A stretch of DNA of 32,241 bases from the NCBI GenBank assembly GCA_043823065.1, contig JBDRBB010000020.1, positions 1 to 32,241 of the forward strand, written 5' to 3'. Position numbers and translations under genes: made by a program. Positions within the stretch are counted from its first letter, which is position 1; each line of letters begins with the position of its first letter. Of this stretch, positions 26,501 through 32,241 are shown one piece after another. This stretch comes from Pseudomonadota bacterium. GTDB lineage: Bacteria; UBA10199; 2-02-FULL-44-16; DYJF01. The notes beneath the pieces are model-generated. The model made no database searches. It was not told where the DNA came from and saw only the letters and a list, made by a program, of their open reading frames with translations.

Positions 26501-26749
26501 GTGGTTTTTGTGCGCGGCACTCCAGAAACAGAGGGGTTTAAATCACCATATCCAATTATCTTAAATGCCTTGAAAGACCCAAAAGTAGAACCAGAGGTTT
26601 TTGATCCACTCAATTTAGATCAATTTCACCGTGCTCCTGAAAATGGTACCTTTGCCTTTGCCTTAGCTAACCCAATTTATATTGATGCAGATAGCAACGG
26701 TAAGTTCACTGCCAAATACGTACAAGAAGGCACTTCCCCGCTAAATTAA
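23519..26749 (+). CDS. Large lipoprotein with beta-sandwich/carboxypeptidase-regulatory-like domains and a PHP-type (CehA/McbA-like) metallohydrolase domain
   Basis: Lipobox IGAS-C; G.V...DGTPIKDAKV domain; PHP motifs ADFHLH, SSDHD, GQEVT..YGH, LNH and GSSDSH; ANPIY near the C-terminus. Confidence 0.8.
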   Translation: MEFNNLKILYALLVIAIGASCTGSSGRGADPHVSGYPKTPFTIEDSSGLIGGMLAQGKVGDVLLKNDKIRVIIQKPAKNAGLFSFGGNIIDADHVRGSDQPGNDQFGSMFPFINVEWTVNYQQFEVVSDGEDDGVKILRATGTLDVYDYLDLDFIKDAAAGAANQTLYFDRRFDDRGNPFKIEPDLKNLDTTIITEYRLEPGKNYIQIDTTFKNNGDEEIKMPVGDIVNGSGALHFLIPGIGFAPELLTQAGGDTVALIFEGQDGIDVSYGYFYDLKQFADADGQRHTTGSLTYSGVTFVLLSEGALDLLPLGARQNPKINFEIPAKSERTITRYFVVGDGSSSSVLEIGMQAMKVKIGIIEGIVATADGTPIKDAKVAVQKNGGGTIAIMRTNSQGQFQGRFPVGNSLFAQSLGDGNFNIIVEKPGYHENGTTKAGSCDPEQVELKEGQTLTVNCTLGETGVVEIVGGVLDADTNQTIAARLTIVGEDDPSPESTSRGNFEDIVIFKRGFGIRHNIYLNKKGGFWVSDQKSLNLEPGSYKFVFSHGAEYTREERDVEVQAGQKITIENVVLKRVLQTPGYIMADFHLHNATSPDSSIPTIRRVIGAAAEGMDILQSSDHDYLHDYGPQIEEMKANGYISENTLFGSIVGQEVTPNHYGHMQAFPLQQNSDSPTGGAIDWSDSEMDEVSPAPDYCMSPSDIAAATREFPGTNVVQLNHVNDNPTGLFVASGWVTSRFYLESGAPPLSSFADPVERRLLPHTGGPSFPLELGKNSLVFADFDTVELVIGYEMHKLQDYFLKSTLPTWFNLLNLGFQVTATGSSDSHEELWNEMNWPRNFVASSFDPRDGMSGSAFDPDAYSQTIIDGKVVVSGGAFVSVEANSDSGSGTLGDLVSGNQVRIKVEAKAPSWAWIDTIEVYVNTEPIPIDDETGAVMAGKAETAETFYQPYHVPLYAMEPQYVVSLQDGSLENWQEEEGLITAQAEFNLTLSEDSWIVVFVRGTPETEGFKSPYPIILNALKDPKVEPEVFDPLNLDQFHRAPENGTFAFALANPIYIDADSNGKFTAKYVQEGTSPLN

Positions 26750-26788
26750 GAATTGTAATTTCCAAACAAAATCGGTATGTTAGTCCCT

Positions 26789-29764
26789 ATGAAAAAATAT
26801 CTAGGGGCGTTCCTTATTCTTTTTAGTCTAATTTTTACGCAATCACTTTATGCTGCGAGTTTTGATCCAAAAATCAAGTGGGAAACTATAAAGACTGAGC
26901 ACTTTGTGGTCAATTATCCCAAAGAAATTCAATCTGTGGCTTTTGATATGGCCAGGATTTTGGAAGAAGCCTATGCCAAGCTTTCGCCAGAACTTAATTG
27001 GAAGCCTTGGGGTAGAACCGAAATTGTGGTTACAGATGCTTCTGATGAATCTAATGCTTTAGCCACAGTGCTTCCTTATAATATTATTTATTTTCGCATT
27101 GCCCCTCCTCCGCCAGATTCATCTTTGGCCAATTATGATAATTATCTGAAAATGTTAGTAACTCATGAATTAACTCACATCATACACATTGATGCTAATC
27201 GTAAATTTTTAAAACCCTTTCGAATTATTTTTGGCAAGACTACAGCTCCTGTAGGTATTACCCCATTGTGGGTAAAAGAAGGCACTGCAGTTTATGAAGA
27301 GACAGTAAAGACAGAAGCAGGGAGGGGGCGGGCCAGTTATTCTGAAATGCTGATTCGCACTGCTATTTTGGAAGATAAGTTTCCACCTATTGACCGGGCT
27401 TCTGTTTATCACTGGAAATGGCCGTCAGCTAATGTGGGTTATATTTTTGGCGGCAAGTTTATTTTATATCTGGTTCAGACCTATGGTTTGGAAAAATTTT
27501 TAGAATTCAATAGACGGATTCAAAGCTCATTAATGCTGAGCATGATCAATCATCAGGCCAGAAACGTATATGGCAAAACCTTTTATGAGCTTTGGCGGGA
27601 ATGGCAGAAAACTTTGCAGGAGAAATATAATAATGAGGCCCAAGAATTGATGGGCAAAGGACTAACTCCTACTCAAAAAATTGTTGTCCCTAAATGGGAT
27701 GAAGAGTTTGACAATCCAGCTCTTTCTCCTGATGGTGCAAAGTTGGCTTATTCATCCAATAGCCCGCATAAATCGCCAGAACTAAGGCTGAAAGATTTAG
27801 AAACCGGAAAAGACCAGCGCCTGGCTAAACAAAGAATAACCAGTATTTCCTGGAGCCAGGATGGCAAGAAGATAGCGTACTCTGCTTCTAGTAAGTATAA
27901 GAAGTATAATTATTATAATGATCTTTGGTTATATGATTTGGAGACAAAAAAGAAGGAGCGTTTAACCACGGGCCAGCGAGCTCGTGATCCAAGTTTTTCG
28001 CCAGATAATAAGCAGCTAATTTTTGTAAAGGTGGATGGTGCCCAGGCTTGTCTGAAGATGTTGAATTTGGAAACAAAGGAAATCACAGATTTTAGTGATA
28101 AGACGGAAGAACCTAAATACGTTAATTTTGCTCAACCTAAATTTTCACCAGATGGAATGAAAGTTGCAGTAACATCATGGAAACCAAGTGGTTTATGGAA
28201 GATTTATATTTATGATTTAAACACCAAAAAGGCTAAGCGCTTAACTAAGGGGACTGGTTTGGAATCTTATGCAACTTGGTCTTCTAATGGAGAATATGTC
28301 TATTATAGCTCTGATCAAACAGGTATCGCTAATATTTATCGCACCAATCTAAAAACAGGTAAAACCGAGCAACTGACCAATGTTCTAACTGGTGTGTTCA
28401 AACCTTCAACTATAGATGGTAAGAAGATTTATGTGCAGGAATATAATAAAGACGGTTTTTTTATCTCCAGTTTTGAGGCTGATGTCTTGGCGCAAAAGAA
28501 AATAAGTTTTGAACTTAAACCAACAGCTGGCCAGAAAGCTGCTGTTTTTGGCAAAGAACTGGAATTATCCACAATTGGCATCATGGGTGAGCCGCCTACA
28601 GTAGAATTTAAGCCTAAAAAATATTCTCCATTTGGCAAGTCTTTATTCTTGCCGCGTTTTATTGCCCCGTATTTGGCCTATATTGAAGATGCTTTTTTCT
28701 TCAGTTTTTTAACCGGAGGCACTGATCCCTTAAATTGGCATAACTGGTTAGGTGGGGTTACTTATCGTACAGATGCTGAATATATAGGCTATTTTGCCCA
28801 ATATTGGTATGCCAGGTTGTGGCCGTCTATGGGGCTTGGCATTAATGACTATGCTGTGGATTTTGGCGATCTAACATTTAACTATGCTGGTGGGGGTTCA
28901 CGCACTGTTCACTATTATGAAAAAAGGCGCAATGCTTTTGCTTTTATTGCTTTTCCCATTAGTAAATTTAATTTTTCCACCAGGTTTTTTTATGAAGATC
29001 GTATGCCACAAACAACTCTCACTCAAGCTGAGCAAGATGCCTTGAATTTAGGTATTTTTTCCGGATTTCATGCCAGCTTGGTTTATTCAGATGCTAATCG
29101 TTATCCAGCTTCAATTAGTCCGGAAGGTGGACGAATAGTAAAGTTGAATGGAGTTGTCACTGATAGCGTGTTTGGCAGCGCCCAGAGAAATGAGCAGCAA
29201 ATTTTTTCTGGTGATTGGCGCGAATATATTCATCTTTGGCATCATCATGTGCTGGGTTTAAGGGCAGCAGGCGGTATTACCTGGGGCGATCAATTTGCCC
29301 AAGGTACGTTTGGTTTGGGCGGTGATGTAGGAGAGGGGAATCTGGCTCAAGGTGGCTCATATAATTATTTTCCTTTGCGCGGCTTGCCAGTTTCAGCATT
29401 TTCTCGCACCAGAGCTCTGCTGCTTTCAGCTGAATATAGAATTCCTTTGGTTTCTCCCCAGCGTGGAATCGGTACCTGGCCATTTTTTATCAACAATATC
29501 CATGCTGCAATTTTTGCTGATTATGGCAATGCCTGGAACGCGCATGAAAATGACGGAAAAGGTTTTTTTGATGATTTCATGTTAGGCGTGGGCAGTGAAC
29601 TTCGCGGAGATTTTTTGCTTGGCCATGGCTTGCCAGTAACCGGCCGGCTGGGCTATGCTATTATTGTGGTTAACCGTGATCGATTAGGTAATTTGCAAGA
29701 TCCTATTTTAAGACATGCCTTGAAATATGGTATGTTGATTTTGCAAGTAGGAACCTCCTTCTAA
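26789..29764 (+). CDS. Outer-membrane protein: zincin peptidase-like domain + TolB/PD40 propeller + Omp85(BamA)-type barrel
   Basis: Signal peptide MKKYLG...LYA, HELTH and WVKEG, repeats SPDG/WSQDG/FSPDN, barrel motifs PLRG, SAEYR and FADYGNAW, and a terminal Phe. Start placed at 26789, after TTGTAA-N17-TATGTT. Confidence 0.82.
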   Translation: MKKYLGAFLILFSLIFTQSLYAASFDPKIKWETIKTEHFVVNYPKEIQSVAFDMARILEEAYAKLSPELNWKPWGRTEIVVTDASDESNALATVLPYNIIYFRIAPPPPDSSLANYDNYLKMLVTHELTHIIHIDANRKFLKPFRIIFGKTTAPVGITPLWVKEGTAVYEETVKTEAGRGRASYSEMLIRTAILEDKFPPIDRASVYHWKWPSANVGYIFGGKFILYLVQTYGLEKFLEFNRRIQSSLMLSMINHQARNVYGKTFYELWREWQKTLQEKYNNEAQELMGKGLTPTQKIVVPKWDEEFDNPALSPDGAKLAYSSNSPHKSPELRLKDLETGKDQRLAKQRITSISWSQDGKKIAYSASSKYKKYNYYNDLWLYDLETKKKERLTTGQRARDPSFSPDNKQLIFVKVDGAQACLKMLNLETKEITDFSDKTEEPKYVNFAQPKFSPDGMKVAVTSWKPSGLWKIYIYDLNTKKAKRLTKGTGLESYATWSSNGEYVYYSSDQTGIANIYRTNLKTGKTEQLTNVLTGVFKPSTIDGKKIYVQEYNKDGFFISSFEADVLAQKKISFELKPTAGQKAAVFGKELELSTIGIMGEPPTVEFKPKKYSPFGKSLFLPRFIAPYLAYIEDAFFFSFLTGGTDPLNWHNWLGGVTYRTDAEYIGYFAQYWYARLWPSMGLGINDYAVDFGDLTFNYAGGGSRTVHYYEKRRNAFAFIAFPISKFNFSTRFFYEDRMPQTTLTQAEQDALNLGIFSGFHASLVYSDANRYPASISPEGGRIVKLNGVVTDSVFGSAQRNEQQIFSGDWREYIHLWHHHVLGLRAAGGITWGDQFAQGTFGLGGDVGEGNLAQGGSYNYFPLRGLPVSAFSRTRALLLSAEYRIPLVSPQRGIGTWPFFINNIHAAIFADYGNAWNAHENDGKGFFDDFMLGVGSELRGDFLLGHGLPVTGRLGYAIIVVNRDRLGNLQDPILRHALKYGMLILQVGTSF

Positions 29765-29768
29765 AAGC

Positions 29769-29806
29769 GACCATGGACCAAAGTTATGGTCAATGGTCAA
29801 TGGTCA
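29769..29806. repeat. Heptamer tandem repeat (ATGGTCA)x3 with inverted partner GACCATGGACCA
   Basis: Directly visible between the two genes. Confidence 0.6.
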
Positions 29807-29810
29807 AAAA

Positions 29811-32048
29811 ATGTTCATAAGGGTATTATCATTTATTATTATCATCTCATTATTTCTTTCTTTTCCCAGTTTTGCTAAAAAGAAAGAAGCAGATATTCGA
29901 TCACACCAAACTCTTGGCGCCGCTTTTCTTTTAATTGGCACTTCAGCTGTCCAGGCAGTGGAAGATATTCTTAAAGGTGTAAAAAAAGTTTCCAAACAGG
30001 CCAAATATCTTACTGATGATGAACGTGATTTTTTGTTTGCTTATGCTAATTATAAGATTGGAAAATATCAGGATGCCAACAAGGGTTTTCTGAAATTACA
30101 AAGGAAAAAAATTCCCATTAAAGATTATCTGCTTTTTTATCAAGCTGATATAGCTCTTAATAAGAATGATTATAAGGACGCCTATGAATTTTTAGTTGAG
30201 CTTTTGAAAGATTATCCAGAAAGTGTTTTGGCTAATCAAGCCAGAATCATGATGGGGCAAGTGTTAGCCGAATTAGGCTCATATGAACAAGCGCGCACAT
30301 TTTTGGAATATCCTGTGCGTACTGAATATAACTTGATTAATTTAAATGTTTCAGAAGTTTTTAGCGCGAAATTATATCTAATAAAAACTTATATTAAACA
30401 GAATAATCAGCAAGAAGCTTTAATTCGACTTAAAAGTCTGGCCTTGAGTGTTGCCAGTCATGACCAATTAGTTGAGCTAAGTAAGTTAGCCAAAAGTTTG
30501 CCTAATTCGTCTAGAAATCAGTTTCAAGATTGGGTTGCTAGCCCTGGAGTTCGCTGCGCTATTGCTGAATCTTTGCTGGATAATTCGCAATATAATGAAG
30601 TGATTGAGCAGGTAAAACCGGTTGCAGCCAATTACCCAGTTAATTCTGAACTTGGTTTTAAGGCCAGAAGATTAACTGCCAGGTCTGTTTATCGTGTGCA
30701 TAAATATCAAGAAGCCATTGATTTGACCAAAGAACTGCTCAGTTCCGGGCAAAATCATGGCCTGCGCTTGGCCTTGCTCAGGCAGCTAGCCCGTTCTTAT
30801 GAGCGAACCGATGCTTATGACAAGTCAATTGAGATCTGGAAAAAAATTATTCATGAATATCCTAATTCACGCTCAGCTGTATTAAATGCCAGGTTTAGTA
30901 TAGCTCAGCTTTTAGTTGATGATAGCAGGTATGTCGAGGCAATTCAGGCTTGGAAAAAGGTTTTAAATCTGGAATCCAGCGGTCGTCAACGCACTCGAGC
31001 CTTGTGGTATTTGGCTTGGTGTTATTATCAAACCAAAGATTATGAATCTGCCATAAAGCGTTTTGACTATCTCTTGCAACATAAGTCAATGTCCAGGCGG
31101 ATTGAAGATCGTTTACTGTACTGGAAGGCTAGGTCTTATGAAAATATGGGAGATGTGGCAGCAGCCAGGAAAATCTATAATCAGGTTTTAGCAGAATATC
31201 CTTTAGGCTATTATGCTTTTTTGACTCAGCAGAGACTGGGTAAAAATCAGGTTCAAGGTCAAATGGAGAAAGCTAATTGGCGGCCAGGCAAGCTTTCCTA
31301 TAAGCAGCTTGATTTATCAGATCACTTGCGGAGGGCAATTTTCTTTGATCGCTTAAAACTTTATGCTGAGGCAGCCAGGGAAATCGAAGCTGCAATTGTA
31401 GATAATAACAACTCTTCAAAACGTTTTATCTTATGGTTGGCCAGCCGCAATCAAGCGCATTATCTGGCTTATCGAATAGTGCTCAAGGAATTTGCCCCCA
31501 TCTTGCGGAGTTTTCCCCAAACATCTGATTTTGATCTTTTTGTCTGGCATCAATCCTACCCACAAGCTTATCAGGCCATTGTGCAACGTTTTGTTGGTCA
31601 AAATCTAGATCCGGATTTGGTATATTCTTTAATGAGAGCAGAATCTACCTATCAGCCTGAAGTTGTTTCTGCTGCAGGCGCGATTGGTTTAATGCAACTT
31701 ATGCCCACCACAGCTAAGCGCATGTCTGATGAACTGGGCGAAACAAAATTTGATGTTCATGATTTATATAAACCAGCCAAAAATATTGAATATGGGATTA
31801 CTTATCTGAAAAAATTGTATGATTTATTCCCGGACAACACTGCAGCAGTTTTGGCTTCTTATAATGCTGGTGAGGAAGCTGTGGCCAGGTGGCTAAATCA
31901 TGGCCAGTATGATGATATTGAAGAATTTATTGAAGAAATTCCCTATGATCAAACAAATCAATATGTTAAAAAAGTTTTGCGCTTCTACTGGCTGATGAAA
32001 ATGCTTTATAACTCTAACCCTAACCCAAATGCAGTCGAAAACGATTGA
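29811..32048 (+). CDS. Soluble lytic transglycosylase (Slt70-like) with TPR repeats
   Basis: Signal peptide MFIRVLS...SFA, TPR repeats, and SLT motifs MRAES, AIGLMQLMP, ASYNAG and IPY..T..YV. ATG 29793 lies within the heptamer repeat. Confidence 0.92.
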   Translation: MFIRVLSFIIIISLFLSFPSFAKKKEADIRSHQTLGAAFLLIGTSAVQAVEDILKGVKKVSKQAKYLTDDERDFLFAYANYKIGKYQDANKGFLKLQRKKIPIKDYLLFYQADIALNKNDYKDAYEFLVELLKDYPESVLANQARIMMGQVLAELGSYEQARTFLEYPVRTEYNLINLNVSEVFSAKLYLIKTYIKQNNQQEALIRLKSLALSVASHDQLVELSKLAKSLPNSSRNQFQDWVASPGVRCAIAESLLDNSQYNEVIEQVKPVAANYPVNSELGFKARRLTARSVYRVHKYQEAIDLTKELLSSGQNHGLRLALLRQLARSYERTDAYDKSIEIWKKIIHEYPNSRSAVLNARFSIAQLLVDDSRYVEAIQAWKKVLNLESSGRQRTRALWYLAWCYYQTKDYESAIKRFDYLLQHKSMSRRIEDRLLYWKARSYENMGDVAAARKIYNQVLAEYPLGYYAFLTQQRLGKNQVQGQMEKANWRPGKLSYKQLDLSDHLRRAIFFDRLKLYAEAAREIEAAIVDNNNSSKRFILWLASRNQAHYLAYRIVLKEFAPILRSFPQTSDFDLFVWHQSYPQAYQAIVQRFVGQNLDPDLVYSLMRAESTYQPEVVSAAGAIGLMQLMPTTAKRMSDELGETKFDVHDLYKPAKNIEYGITYLKKLYDLFPDNTAAVLASYNAGEEAVARWLNHGQYDDIEEFIEEIPYDQTNQYVKKVLRFYWLMKMLYNSNPNPNAVEND

Positions 32049-32241
32049 AAGCAGTGGTCACGCAGACAATGGCAATCAAAAACAAGGCGCCAGTATGAGT
32101 AATTAACACTTCATAATCCCCACCTTTAAGCATGATGTTTCTGAGCAATGTGGCAAAATACATCAAAGGATTAAAGGCAGCCACGATTTTTAAGATCCAA
32201 GGTAGATTGGCAATTGGAAACATAATTCCCGAAAGCATAAT
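32020..32241 (-). CDS. ABC-2 type transporter permease, C-terminal part (runs off the window)
   Basis: LSGIMFPIANLP..L......NPLMYF..LLRNIMLKG; overlaps the 3' end of the slt gene by 29 nt. Confidence 0.85.
   Translation of the reverse strand: MMLSGIMFPIANLPWILKIVAAFNPLMYFATLLRNIMLKGGDYEVLITHTGALFLIAIVCVTTAFNRFRLHLG

Noticed and set aside
3238..31089. Remaining short antisense or alternate-frame ORFs inside long genes (e.g. 3238..3693, 19183..19512, 22535..22885, 24452..24847)
   Set aside because: Shadow ORFs fully overlapping well-supported CDSs, without recognisable motifs.
1..32241. Diversity-generating retroelement, retron or prophage
   Set aside because: No reverse transcriptase, integrase or phage structural genes, and I noticed no repeat pair differing only at adenines.

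Overview
AT-rich bacterial chromosomal window, standard genetic code. The gene content (sigma54 promoter, Cys-type C-terminal sorting signal, large secreted lipoproteins, TolB-Omp85 fusion) suggests a deltaproteobacterial/Myxococcota-like organism; this is an inference. From left to right: a nested palindromic-repeat cluster; a small-protein plus nucleotidyltransferase pair; a coiled-coil protein; a sigma54-driven surface protein; an S8 protease lipoprotein; smc interrupted in its Walker A motif by a 500-aa LAGLIDADG intein that creates a Cys(-3)-X-X-Cys1 junction; a Na/Pi cotransporter; an AAA ATPase; and a YajG-like protein. Next is an AT-richer minus-strand operon (ICMT-like methyltransferase, homocitrate-synthase-like enzyme, radical SAM/SPASM with an RRE-like N-terminus, MFS transporter, apparently truncated RimK/LysX-like ORF), bordered by an internally deleted IS1202/ISNCY-type element. 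The window ends with a basic protein, ald, a PHP-type metallohydrolase lipoprotein, a zincin-TolB-Omp85 protein, a TPR lytic transglycosylase and a partial ABC permease. Non-coding highlights are two copies of a ~150-nt structured element with a shared core but unrelated closing stems, a GTCAT-led REP family with one copy in frame inside the protease, a recurrent CAAC-N16-CGATAA motif upstream of four genes, and three candidate leaderless genes. All calls come from reading motifs by eye; no searches were run.
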